Below the pieces are notes generated by a model. That model was given only the letters and a program-made list of their open reading frames with translations, was not told the DNA's origin and ran no database searches. Shown here one piece after another: positions 28,281 through 39,825 of a stretch of DNA of 64,000 nucleotides. Made by a program: the position numbers and the translations under genes. The DNA lies in the IMG/VR virus record IMGVR_UViG_3300042307_000844. One strand, 5' to 3'. The DNA is from a virus (Duplodnaviria; Caudoviricetes). How positions within the stretch are numbered: the stretch's first letter is position 1; each line of letters opens with the position of its first letter.

Positions 28281-28498
28281 CAAACGAAGAATTAATTAAG
28301 AAATGGGAAGCGGTTCTGGATTATACGGATGGGGAGACTCCTGCTTTGAACGAATTTCAAAGGTTATACAGAGCAACATTGATGGAAAATTGTGAGTTGG
28401 ATTATTTTAAATACGGGAATTATCCTGACCAAGCCCTGTTCGAAATGATTGGCGAAATACGGAGAACAGGTAAGCTACTCAACTCTCCATACGAATAA
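28277..28498 (+). CDS. Small protein resembling the N-terminal delta region of T4-like major capsid protein gp23
   Basis: LIKKWEAVLD...ALNEFQRLYRATLMENCE parallels the gp23 N-terminal pattern KWxxxL...R...AxLLENQE. Confidence 0.55.
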   Translation: MTNEELIKKWEAVLDYTDGETPALNEFQRLYRATLMENCELDYFKYGNYPDQALFEMIGEIRRTGKLLNSPYE

Positions 28499-28502
28499 TA
28501 AT

Positions 28503-28790
28503 ATGAACACACTGACACCAAGAATGAAAGAGGCATGGGAAAGCTCATCGAGAACGGCTGATGGGTTTTATTCAACCACAACTCCTATGAGTGTTTATGC
28601 TAGAATCTGCTATGAAGAAGGATGCAAACTGGAAAACGAACTCGCCGCCGTTACCGCACAGCGCGACATGCTGGCGGAGGCTTTGGGAAGACTAGAAAAA
28701 ACAGCAGGTTTGCCAGCATTGCAGGATGACCCAGCAAGAGTTCAAGCACGACAAGCCCTCCAATCCCTAACCCCGAAGGAAGAACCATGA
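28503..28790 (+). CDS. Hypothetical protein (ELAAVTAQRD coiled coil)
   Basis: ORF; last plus-strand gene before the boundary. Confidence 0.55.
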   Translation: MNTLTPRMKEAWESSSRTADGFYSTTTPMSVYARICYEEGCKLENELAAVTAQRDMLAEALGRLEKTAGLPALQDDPARVQARQALQSLTPKEEP

Positions 28791-29093
28791 CCCTAGAACA
28801 ACAAAGAATTGCCATCGCGGAAGAATCCGGCAGAGAATAACGAAATCACCATATTGCACGGAGGAGTTCCGGTAGATATCGGAAGTATTTGGGAAAATCG
28901 AGAAAAATATAATAAAAAAATTTTTTTCAATGGGGGGGAATTTCGATTTTTTATAGAAAAAAAATAAAAATTTATATGTCATATTTTTTCAAATGGTAAT
29001 TTTTATATTTTTTATAAAAATAATTTTAGCCATGGCACCCCACCCCATACCCCCCCATCCCTAGTTTTTAAAGCAAATCGAAGTAGCCCCCCC

Positions 29094-29156
29094 CTAACAG
29101 TTAGATATGGCATATCTAACAGAAAGCATTTATATATCATTTGCATATCTAACAGA
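29094..29156. repeat. Inverted and direct repeats in the non-coding boundary
   Basis: GTTAGATATG-G-CATATCTAAC palindrome at 29100-29120; GCATATCTAACAGA at 29110 and 29143. Confidence 0.85.
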
Positions 29157-29172
29157 TCATATATCATGACAC

Positions 29173-29216
29173 AAAAAAAGCCCCTTGGCATACCTTCAAG
29201 AGATATGCCAAGGGGC
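29173..29216 (-). terminator. Strong intrinsic terminator ending the early array
   Basis: 13-bp stem GCCCCTTGGCATA/TATGCCAAGGGGC plus T7 on the minus strand. Confidence 0.9.
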
Positions 29217-32200
29217 GAGGGGATCAGGCGAAGTCGGCAAGGAACTCTTTCAGGGTGCTGCCGTTGACCGTGACAGTCTCACCGTCATAACAATCAACTT
29301 GTGCGTAGAACGTGAAGGCTCCCCGCTTGCGGGACATGTAAACGGTTTCGGAATCTTGCGCGTTCCAACGAAACCCCTTCTTTTCAAGGACGGTGACAAC
29401 GGCAACGAATTGTGGTAATGTGGTGGTATTCATGGTAGTAGCATCTTACCCTAGTTTTTATAGGGTGATGATCTCCGCATCCTTCAGAGTGGCGGCGAAC
29501 GCTTGCGCTTCCTCCAAGGTAGCGTAGCGGGAGAAGCCGAAGGCATCGCAAACCTTGAACTTCTTTGCGTCCTCCTTGGCGCGATAGGCATCGAAGGCTG
29601 CGGCTTCTGCGCGTTGTGCTTCCTCCGATGGAGTGCAGCGTCCGGTGAAGTCATACTCAGGTGTCAGGTATCTCATGGTAGTAGCATCTTACCCTAGTTT
29701 TTATTCTCCACAGGCTTTCAGGAAAGTGTCAATCAGTCGCAACCATGCAACATCATCTCGTCCTCATTCATCACTTCATCCTCACTCTCAACATCACGAA
29801 CAGCGAGGGCAAACGCTTGTGCGTAATCCATTCCATCCCCTAGTCCACGGTGGATGAAGTTTTCGCCGGAGAAATTCCAATGCCCGATCTCAACTCGAAC
29901 CTTGGCGAACCTTGCACAAGCCCAATGAGGTTGGACATCCTTGGAGATGACAGTGAAGGTTTCTTTGTAGCGTGGGGAATAATAGGTGGTGGTCATGGTG
30001 GTGTTGATGGTGTTGGTCACAAGGGCATCTTACCCTAGTTTTTAAACGCTAGGACGTTGAGCGTGTCGGATGCGCTCCCCCCGTTTTGATCATGCTTCGT
30101 AAGCCATCCACGTTCCCGCGTCATATGGCTCCGCATACAGCCCCAAGGACTTCAGGGCTTTCTGGACTTCAGGATGCACCTGCTCGTCGTGGTAGCAGTC
30201 GAAGAAGGGCATTCCATCCGTGTGAAGATTCCCTTCTTGGCGAAACCAGATGCCGCCTTCCTCCCCATCCCATTCGGTGGTGGATACGGCTTTGATCTTG
30301 GGGAACAACTCATTCAGCTTGGCGATTTTGTTTTTCATGGTGAGGCTATCTTAGGCTAGTTTTTAAAAGGGGGATCGAACCCCTTTCGCTTATCAGATCA
30401 GGCTGAAGACCAGCAACCAGCTTGGACTACCGTCCGGGCCGTGACCGTCAGACTCCACACGCTTACCCGTAGGAGTCTTGCAAACTCCATCCATTCCCCA
30501 CCGTTCCAAGGAGGACATCGATGGGGCTTTGAATGCGCTTGTGATACGCACCTGAAGCGGTTCGGGATGCGCTGGCGAGTGAACAAGGCAACGGCTGTCC
30601 TTGCCCTCGATGAAGGAGACGGGCAAGCCCTTGGCAAGTGTGGAACCGTCTTTGAGTAGGATGTCTTTTTGTGTTTTCATGGTAGTAGGATTCTAGGCTA
30701 GTTTTTAACCCTCGTTGTTATAGGTGGTTGCGTGAGACTTCTTTGTAAAGGCGCGGTATCCGCCACCCACCCGCACAAGGTAACGGTAGTTTGGGTGAGG
30801 ATTGTCCTTGGCGTTATTGTCAAACGTGGTGATACCGTTCTCAATGGAAAGGTCAGCATCCATGTCAATCTCATAGGATTGAATGAACACGTTCGGGAAC
30901 TCTTCGGATTTGTATCGGGTGATCATGGTGAGGCTATTTTGTGCTAGTTTTTATTCGCGTTTTCCCAGAGGGTTTTGATTTCCCATTTGTCCCATATGAT
31001 TTGATCTTCATCGGTGACATCGTTCCCCACGTAGAGAACGGTTTTCCCAAGCTTTGCGGGACGGGTTCCGGTTCCGGGTCGTCCATACAAGCCAGAGGTT
31101 TCCCCACAGTAAAGCGTATGGGTTGCGCCTTGTGCCTTTGACCAGTCACAAGGTGCGCCCCCATAGACTTCATGGGTCTTGCCATAACTCTTTTCACGGA
31201 CTCCCGTGATGGAGGTTTTACGGGCGCGGAGGATGTCTTCCAATGGGTAGTTGCTCATGGTGCAATCAGTCTAGGCTAGTTTTTATCAGGCGTATTCTGC
31301 TCCGATCAATTCGTTACCCCAGCGAACGGGGCGACGAGCGAAATTTGAGATGGCAATTGCCTCATCCCTTGTGATGGCATAGGCAAGGACTTGTCCGCTG
31401 GCGGTGAATAACATATCGTTCATGGTGCAATCAGTCTAGGCTAGTTTTTAAAACCACAGATAAAGGAAAAACAGGAGAAGGGCGAAAGGCCACAAGCCAT
31501 AGGCAAGCAAGCCGACAATGGCGAGGATAAAAATGAGTTCTTTCATGTTAGTTTTTAAATGGTTTGCCCCTCCCCGGAACCACCCGGAGAGGGGACTTTT
31601 ACCATGTTACCCCACGAAAGAGAAACCCGCTTGGGCGATTGCGCCCCGAACCATGCCTTGTTGCTTTGAAGTTGTGACGCTGTAGCGGTCAGGATTGACC
31701 CAGAAACCGCCTTCCACACGCTTGGCAAGGGGGAAGTGGTAGCCATAGCTGTAAAGGGTGTCCCCTTCGATGAACATGCTCTTCAGGCTATTCTTGCCCT
31801 TGGTTGCGCCGGATACGAATGCTTTAACGATTTGTTTGTTGGTCATGGTGGTGTGTGTTGTTGGTGTTGGTTACGAGATCAGTCTAGGCTAGTTTTTATC
31901 CAACCGTTACCGTTGTCCCAAAGGGAAGGTGCGCGGTGAATGGAAAGACCTTGGCAATGTCCACCTTGCCATCGCTGGAAAGGGTGAACTTGGAATGGCG
32001 GGTGTTTCCGACAGTGATGGAGACGAGTATCAGTTTCATGGTGAGGCTATTTTGGTTTAGTTTTTATGCGATGGAGTCGATGAATGCCTTGGCTTCCGTG
32101 GTTGTCAAGGTGTGTCCGATCTTCCGCATGTCAGGGGAATAGATGTCAAATCCATCCCCGATCATGCCCGACTTAATGATTGTATGTGTTTTGTATTTCA

Positions 32201-34660
32201 TGGTGCAGCTATCTTACGCTAGTTTTTAAGGGGATTGAACCCTTAGGTTTGTTTGATTAACGGCCATTCAAAACCATCTTAATGGCTTTCACGGTGTCGG
32301 GCTTCCACCCGTAGCAACGGGCATCCGTCTCCAGATTCATGGCGACTCCGAAAGGCATCCCCTTTCCTTGTTGACCAAAGGTGAAGTTCTCCACCGCGAT
32401 ACGTTTGGCCTTTGGATACTTGGCCATTGCTTTCTCGACTGCTTGTGTGTGTTCGTTCATGGTAATGTGATGTTAGTCTAGTTTTTAAGCAAGGCGGGAC
32501 AACCAGACTTCGCTCGCCTTTGGCAATCCCCTCTCAGCAATCGCACCGTCCCGCATGACTTCCTTTGTCATGGCTTTTCTTGCGCTTTGAAGGGCTTTGA
32601 TTTGAGCCAAGGAAGGGGCGCGATAGCTTGGGAAAACCGCTTGAATCGCCTTCTCTTCCGCTTGCAAGTTGCGGTGATTCTCTTCCGCGCTCTTGAAGGA
32701 ATCAACATAGGGCTTAAATGTAAGTAAACGCTTACCTTTCACCTTTTCCCCGTCCTTAAAGAGATTGTAGCATCCTACGCCAAGGGGAACGATGTTCGCT
32801 TCACGGGCGGGGACGATCTTTTCGATTTCAGGTATTATATCAGATATATGTTTCATGGTAGTAGCAGTTTACGCTAGTTTTTAAAAGGGGGATTGAACCC
32901 CTTTCGGGGTTGGTTTAATATCCGGCAAACTTGAATTTCACCTCTCCGAACATATCGTCTTCGAAGTAAAACCAGCCACCCTTAAAGGTTATTTCCTGAT
33001 GCTCCCAAAGGATAGGGAAATCGGTGGATACCTCATCGAAAAGGATGAAATGGGGAGGAGTTCCAAACTCATCGGCGGGGTGATATTCAAATTGTCCCAG
33101 AACGATGTTGCCATCGACATAGGTTTCAACTGCGATGGGGGCGGTGCTTGTTAGTTGTATTTTCATAACGAGACGATCTTACTCTAGTTTTTATCCAATC
33201 AGGATGAACAGGATGATGGGGGTGAACGCGAACAGGAAGAACGCAGCGAGGGTGTCAAGGATGAGTTGTTTCATGGTGCAGCTATCTTAATCTAGTTTTT
33301 AAGAGAAGAGTCTGTCCACATGGCGAACAATCCAAGGCTGGTTTCTGTCCTTCTCGATGGCAGCAAAGATTTCCTTGCCCTTGTGCATCACCCGGACAGT
33401 CCCGGCTTGCCAGTCCTTTTCCACGGGCAGTCCCGCGCTTTCCAGAGCTTTTACCATTGCTTTAACGTGTTCTTTTGTAAGTAATTTGGTCATGGTTAAA
33501 TCTTAGTCTAGTTTTTATTCCTCTTCTTCCTCTTCTTCCTCGTCCTCTTCTTCTTCCTCGATGAATCCTTCGCGCTCGCAAAGGTCTTGAACATCGGCTT
33601 CCGACATGTAGGAGCAGAAGGCACTGATCACGGTATCCTTATCAAGAATACCCTCTTCGATCATTTCAAGCAGTTGGTTTGTGTATTGTCTGGTCATGGT
33701 GTTATCTTAATCTAGTTTTTAAACGATCACATATTCCCCGCGCTCCAATAGAACCCCCACAGGATCATCCTTTCGCTCATGGATAAAAATCAATCCTTTT
33801 TCCTTCCAATCGGGTTGATTGGTGGCATGGGAGAATCCATAGGTCTTGCGAACATCAAGAACAATATCAGTTCCCAACAGCTTGTAATTATGTAGTGGCT
33901 TTGCTTTCATGGTGAGGCTATCTTACGCTAGTTTTTATCGCTTCAAATTCATTTGAATATTTTCGCTCATCCGCATTCACCCTTGCCATTTCAGCAAGGA
34001 CAAAATCCTCGACAAGTTGCGTTTGCTCTCCCGTGATAATGCCTTGTTTGTAAAGGTTGTATGCAAGGAACTCAAAGGTCGTGGTGAGCTTTCCAACAAG
34101 ATATGGGTAACAGATAGGTGCTTCGTTCATAGTGACAATATCTTAGGCTAGTTTTTAAATGGTATCACAACCCGCCTTCGGTTATGTTCAGATGTTGAAT
34201 AGGTTGAGGATCTCAACTTTCATGTTTTCCAGATACGCATCCATGTGTTCCGCATCGTATTCCATGGAGACTTCCATCTCAAAGTAATTGGAGATTTCAT
34301 TTTGATATTGCAGAATGATATCTGCGATTTTTTCTTTCATGCTGTCAGTGTTTTGTGGCGTGTTCATGGTGACAATATCTTAGGCTAGTTTTTAAATGAA
34401 TTGGGCTACTACTGTGGAGCTTCCTACCAATTCTTCCTTGAAAAAGCAGTCATTTCTATCAGAATTCCATCCACTGAAAAGGAACTTTCGCCCCTCGTAG
34501 GTGAGAACTTTCTTACTAATTTTCTTTACATCATCCCATCCGTTAGGGACTTCGATATAAAGCCATCCACGCCCATCGGTGGAAACACGGTAATCTGCTT
34601 TGATTTCTTTCGGGTTAATGGTGATGTTGGACATGGCTAAATCTTAATCTAGTTTTTAAA

Positions 34661-34735
34661 TGGTGGAGCGTGTAGGAATCGAACCTACATTGGAGGTGTA
34701 GAAAACCTCAGTCCTATCCGTTGAACGAACGCTCC
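34661..34735 (-). tRNA. tRNA-Arg(TCT)
   Basis: GGAGCGT/ACGCTCC-A-CCA; GAGGT-TTTCTAC-ACCTC. Confidence 0.92.
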
Positions 34736-34758
34736 GATTTTGTGTTAGTTTTTAAGAG

Positions 34759-34834
34759 TGGTGCGCCCGAATGGATTTGAACCATTGACCCGCCGATTAT
34801 GAGTCGGATGCTCTAACCACTGAGCTACAAGCGC
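34759..34834 (-). tRNA. tRNA-Ile2(CAT), lysidine type (elongator Met not excluded)
   Basis: TAGCTCAGTGGTTAGAGCA...GA-CTCATAA-TCG resembles bacterial Ile2; CCA present. Confidence 0.85.
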
Positions 34835-34862
34835 ATTTTGTTCCACGTGGAACATTGAAAGG

Positions 34863-34945
34863 TGCTTCGGAAGGGACTTGAACCCTTACGCCATTACTGG
34901 CAACGGATTTTAAGTCCGTAGTGTCTGCCATTCCACCACCAAAGC
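34863..34945 (-). tRNA. tRNA-Leu(TAA), ends CCT
   Basis: ACGGA-CTTAAAA-TCCGT with long variable arm. Confidence 0.92.
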
Positions 34946-35544
34946 ATGAGACTTTATTTAACGATTCCGTTGTGATAGTCAATCATGTCTTGGATATCGG
35001 ATTCGGTCATTGTTTCGTTCATGGTGCTATTTTGGTTTAGTTTTTATCAGTGTCCCATAGCAACCTTGAATCCATATTGGTAATATCCACCAGTATCCAA
35101 TTCGGAAATAATTACGTCTTTCGTCCACACACCGTTCCATTCCATGTGATAGACTTGTCCTAACGTCATTATTCTAAATTTTGTCGTTATCATAGCTTTA
35201 TTCTGCGCTAGTTTTTATCGTGTTCCTTTTGCGATTTCAGCATGATGATCGGCTTGATACTTTCCGGCGCATATTGTGATTGTGCCTTGAAAAATCCCAC
35301 CCAATCCCCGAATTTGTCGATCAGCTTTTGCTTTTGCTCGTCGGTGATGAAGTCGCCTTTCATATACATTCCCGCTTTTGAATTGTCCTTGTTTCGCATG
35401 ATTCCGCTTTCATGATATCGAAATCCGATATTGCAAGCGAAGGAAATAAAGTCTTATTCCGTTGGTTTTCTTTTCATGTCAAAATCTTACGCTAGTTTTT
35501 AAAACCAATTGCCTCCATCCTTTCGTATTCCCCTATCCCAAAAT

Positions 35545-35654
35545 CTTAGCCAAGGCTAAGTTTCTTAGTCCTAACATACTTTCTTAGCAGGGACTTAGAT
35601 TGTTTTTCATGGCTAAGAAACTTAGCCTGTACTAAGTTTTTTAGTCTTGACTAA
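35545..35654. repeat. Cluster of CTAAG/CTTAG palindromes in a non-coding gap
   Basis: CTTAGCC-AA-GGCTAAG, GCTAAG-TTT-CTTAGT, GGCTAAG-AAA-CTTAGCC, ACTAAG-TTT-TTTAGT; eight CTNAG sites in about 100 bp. Confidence 0.85.
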
Positions 35655-35666
35655 TAACTATCCCTA

Positions 35667-36047
35667 TCAGTCTTTAATCCTTAATTGTTCTACCTTGATT
35701 CCCATCTTATCAGCAATTTCTTGCAATGTCATTTCAACCACTTTTGGGCGTTTGTCAAATAAAACTCCATAGGAGTTTTCCCGATAGATTTCATTGCCCC
35801 TTGAATCGTATTCACTTTTACTCCAATAACCAGTGGAGTCTTCCCGATAGATTTCATTGCCCCTTGAATCGTATTCACTTTTACCCCAATAACCAGTGGA
35901 GTCTTCCCAATAGATTGTATTGCCATTGGTATCCCGTTCTCTTTTGCTCCAAGAACCAGTGGAGGTTTCATAATAGATTGTATTGCCATTCTTATCTTTG
36001 ATGACGAATGGAAATGTTGTTACTTTTAATTGTTTGGCGATTGTCAT
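35667..36047 (-). CDS. Protein with 20-aa tandem beta repeats (GNEIYREDSTGYWSKSEYDS) and an HTH-like tail
   Basis: 60-nt tandem repeats at about 35778-35990; tail MTLQEIADKMGIKVEQLRIKD. Confidence 0.8.
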   Translation of the reverse strand: MTIAKQLKVTTFPFVIKDKNGNTIYYETSTGSWSKRERDTNGNTIYWEDSTGYWGKSEYDSRGNEIYREDSTGYWSKSEYDSRGNEIYRENSYGVLFDKRPKVVEMTLQEIADKMGIKVEQLRIKD

Positions 36048-37246
36048 AGTGCTATTCTGCTTTAGTTTTTAAGAGAGAAATCCGATCCCCATCAATCCAT
36101 ATAAACCCCAGCCTTGGAAAGTTAGTCTCCTCAAAGTTGCCACCATTCCACCAGTGTTTCCTCGGGAATTTCCATCCTTTTCGCAGCATTGGCCATGCGT
36201 TTGCATTCCCTGTATTGCTGGGGAGTCATCATGGAATCATCGAATTCCTCCCGCCCATTGCTTACATCGGATGCAAAGCAGAAAAGGATATCTTTCCCAT
36301 CGGGTTCCTTATTGTTTTGTGTATTGTAAATACTAGCGAAGTAATCGAAGGATACGCTGTTTCTTCCCTTGGAAACCCTCACCTTGTAATGGTTATGTAT
36401 TCCCATTGACCACGTTGGTTGCTTGGTATTGGAAAGGGTTGTCTTGATTGTGATTCCGTTGATTGTGTCTTGCATGTTCTTATTATCGTTTAGTTTTTAA
36501 ACCAATCCCACAAGTCCTTCGGATTCCTTAATATCCTTGAAGTCTTGAAGGTGTTTTTCTTTGAATTCATGAAATACTTGGAATGATTCTGCTTGTTCTT
36601 TTGAATACACTCCCCCTTTGGAAACACGCAAACCGCTTTCCTCATGGATGATGCTTGCGTGTCTTCCCCAAGATAGGGTTTCAGTTTTCAATTTGAATCC
36701 GATTTTCTTTAATTCTTTTCTTAATTGATTTAATGTCATGGTGCTATTCTGCTTTAGTTTTTAATACTTCCTCTCCACCTTGGGGCAAATCTTCCGCAGG
36801 GCGGTTTCAATATGGGAATCGTTCATATACTCATAAAGCTCATTGATAAAATTGTATTGCTTTGTGGAAAATAGGATATCCCACACGAATCTCTTTTGCA
36901 GGTCTTTCACCCTATCGGCACGGGGAAATTGTCCTTGTTCATAAAGGGATTTGATATGTTCTATTCCCCCGCATCTTTCCGCTTCCGTATTGATAATGGT
37001 TTCCAGCTTTTGGTAATCCTCCCGTTTGATCTTCATGGCTTTATTATCCTCTAGTTTTTAACCTTCGTAAAGTTCCTTGCCTTTTTCAATGATCGCTTTC
37101 ATTCCGCTTGGGGAAAGATTGTAATCCCCTGCCATCTTTTCAATTGTCAGATAATTATTAACCCAATCCAGATACGTTTTGATTGTCCATGCATCCAAAG
37201 CTTGTTTTGCTTGTGTTTCGGTCATGTCCAAATCTTAATCTAGTTT

Positions 37247-37810
37247 TTAAAGGAATGGATTGGGAATCATTTCCCGTATCATCTCACAGTGTTCTAACCT
37301 TGCTGCTGACGCTGCTGACCGTGCTGTTGACCATGCTGCTGACTCTGCTGACCATGCTGCTGACGCTGCTGCTGACGCTGCTGACTCTGCTGACCATGCT
37401 GCTGACCATGCTGCTGACGCTGCTGCTGACGCTGCTGACTCTGCTGACCATGCTGCTGACCATGCTGCTGACGCTGCTGCTGACGCTGCTGCTGACGCTG
37501 CTGCTGACGCTGCTGACCGTGTTTCTTCGCAAGGGTTTTCAATCCATGCCCTTGCAGCTTCAATTGCAAGTTTTGGGCGATTTTCCCCTTTAGGTATATT
37601 GACAAGACATTTTTCCGCAAATGCTATGGACAATCTCACTGATTGTTCCTTTTCAAGAGGTTTGCATTTTTCAAGCATCCAAAAAAGCCATTCTGGTTCC
37701 TCACAAGCATCCCAAACTTGGGACATGGTTTCGTGGCTTAGAGCAAATTCTCGCCCTTCCTCACACATCTCATTCGGGGAGTATTTGTTACAAAATTCAG
37801 TCGTGTTCAT
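37247..37810 (-). CDS. Imm5-like helical protein with Ala/Ser/Trp repeat expansion
   Basis: RPKLAIEAARAW followed by (AASA/AWSA/AESA)n encoded by the repeat at 37301-37520. Confidence 0.7.
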   Translation of the reverse strand: MNTTEFCNKYSPNEMCEEGREFALSHETMSQVWDACEEPEWLFWMLEKCKPLEKEQSVRLSIAFAEKCLVNIPKGENRPKLAIEAARAWIENPCEETRSAASAAASAAASAAASAAWSAAWSAESAASAAASAAWSAAWSAESAASAAASAAWSAESAAWSTARSAASAARLEHCEMIREMIPNPFL

Positions 37811-39335
37811 GGTGTTATTGTATTCTAGTTTTTATTGTTCAGTTTTTCCGCCATTGCTTGGGCTTCCTCCATCGTTTGGATGATCTTCCCATAGAAGTAA
37901 TTGGAATAGGTGATTCTTCCGCGATCATTGATTTCCATGGAAGGCTTGTGAATCACTTCATAAGCTTCCTTGGGGGAGGGCATTGCGCCATGAAAGGAAA
38001 CGTGTTTGGGTAATAGCAGATGGGCATATTCATCCTTGAGCTTCCATAAGGGATTTGATATCGCTTTGTAGGTCATGGCTAAATCTTAATCTAGTTTTTA
38101 ACCCGTGTGATTTGCACCAGTTCAATCCCATAGGTATCCCCTTGCCATGATATGATGCTATTCCAGAACCAATCTTGGATTTCAAAAACATCCCCCCCCT
38201 TGCGATATTCCGTGATGATTTCCCCACAATCCTTGTAAGTGATCCTGTATTTGTTCATGGGGTAATTGTGGTTTAGTTTTTAAGCTTTTCTTTTCTCCAG
38301 ATCAGATTCCCCGAATGTCGCCTGTCCCAGAAAGTCAAATTCCTCATCAGTGCATACGTTTTTAGCGGAGGCGCATTCGTTGAGCCTGTCAAACCCTGTC
38401 ACAATACAAGTTCCCCAGCGAGGGGCGTTGAATTTGTCGCCTTTGCGAACGGGCTTTTGATCGTGGTATCGGAGTGTCTTCATGGCTCTATATTACGCTA
38501 GTTTTTAAAGAGGGCATGGGCATTCCCCATTCACCCAATCGCAAATTTCCTCAGATAATTCGTTAATCGCACTTTGGAGCGTTTCAATGTTCCTCCCCTT
38601 CCAATGCTCTCCCATACCATCAGGAACAGCGAGGATTTTGCGCTTGCCTGTCACAACATGGATAGGATAAAAGAACCATCGGCTCCCCATGTCACTTGAG
38701 CGATCCCAAGCTGCATCAATGCTTTTGAAATTCCTTCCTTCCGTAACCATTTCACCATCGATGGCAATACATTTGAGTTGAATCATGTCGTTATTATGGT
38801 TTAGTTTTTAAAAGTCTGATTCAGGGCAACAATCGGGATTATAGAAACTTTCCACCTCCTCCCCAATAGTTACCAATTGCAGATATTCCACATTTTCATC
38901 ATGTTCATATGAGTCAAAAGCGTGTTTGGCATCTTTCAGAAATTGAAAAGATTGGTAAGTCTTATCACAATTTCCCCATTCAATCAGTAGTAAGTAAGGC
39001 ATGGCTTTATTATTGTTTAGTTTTTAAAGGCAGCTTTCGGCATCTGCCAGAATTTCCTTGGCAACCTCTCGACAATTGGAATTCCGAAAGAGATATCCCA
39101 CTCCCCACGTTGGATAAAGATAAGCTCCCCCCGTATAGCTATTATCCCCCGTTTGATATCCCCATTCCCCATTTTCCGTATTGATCCCAATTGTGATTTG
39201 CATGGATGGCGTATCCCCATCCTCAAATGCACGGGAATCCTCATCAATGTATTTCTTGCAATGTATGAGAAGCTTTGTAATTTCCTTGATCGTTGGTAGC
39301 TTGTGTTTCGTCATGTCCTTATTATGGTTTAGTTT

Positions 39336-39794
39336 TTAAGCTCTCACATAATAGTCATCCCCTTGATAGGAAACGATTGTGTAATCTTGTGCCAAGGCTT
39401 CCGCCGCAGCTTCCCAATCAATATGATTGTAAGGCCATGACGCATTTCTTTCAGTTACTCCCAAATCTTCCGCCAGTTCCCTTGCATAGTCCTCAAAATC
39501 ATCGACGGGAATCATCGTTTCCCCACGGCTAAAATCGGAAATTTCGCTTTCCAGTTCCTCCAATTCCTCCAGTTCCCCTTTCTCGTCATCGGAGAAATTA
39601 TCAATGGCATTTTGCAAGGTTTCCTCCAATTCATCCAATTCATCCTCCCATTCCCTGATTTCTTCCTCATCCTCTTCGGAGGGTTTCAAATCGCGGTGTT
39701 GATCCAATTCCGATTGGGCATCCGTAACGACATCCCGCAGGGCTTCCAGTTCTTCCTTGCGCTCTTTCAAGTCTCTTGTGTCAATTGTTTTCAT
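39336..39794 (-). CDS. Highly acidic ArdA-like putative DNA-mimic antirestriction protein
   Basis: FEDYARELAEDLG...IDWEAAAEALAQDY resembles the ArdA C-terminus; very Asp/Glu-rich. Confidence 0.6.
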   Translation of the reverse strand: MKTIDTRDLKERKEELEALRDVVTDAQSELDQHRDLKPSEEDEEEIREWEDELDELEETLQNAIDNFSDDEKGELEELEELESEISDFSRGETMIPVDDFEDYARELAEDLGVTERNASWPYNHIDWEAAAEALAQDYTIVSYQGDDYYVRA

Positions 39795-39825
39795 CGTGCT
39801 TTTATTTTATTCTAGTTTTTAAAAG

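Noticed and set aside
116-28790. Stop-codon reassignment
   Set aside because: Conserved genes translate full-length in the standard code, and no suppressor-anticodon tRNA was seen.
31556-31604. 11-bp hairpin followed by CAAACCA as another tRNA mimic
   Set aside because: The 3' overhang is too long for an acceptor minihelix; a terminator or 3' stabiliser at the end of gene 31607-31846 is simpler.
35778-35990. CRISPR-like or non-coding repeat array
   Set aside because: The 60-nt units are contiguous, in frame and protein-coding, with no unique spacers and no cas genes.
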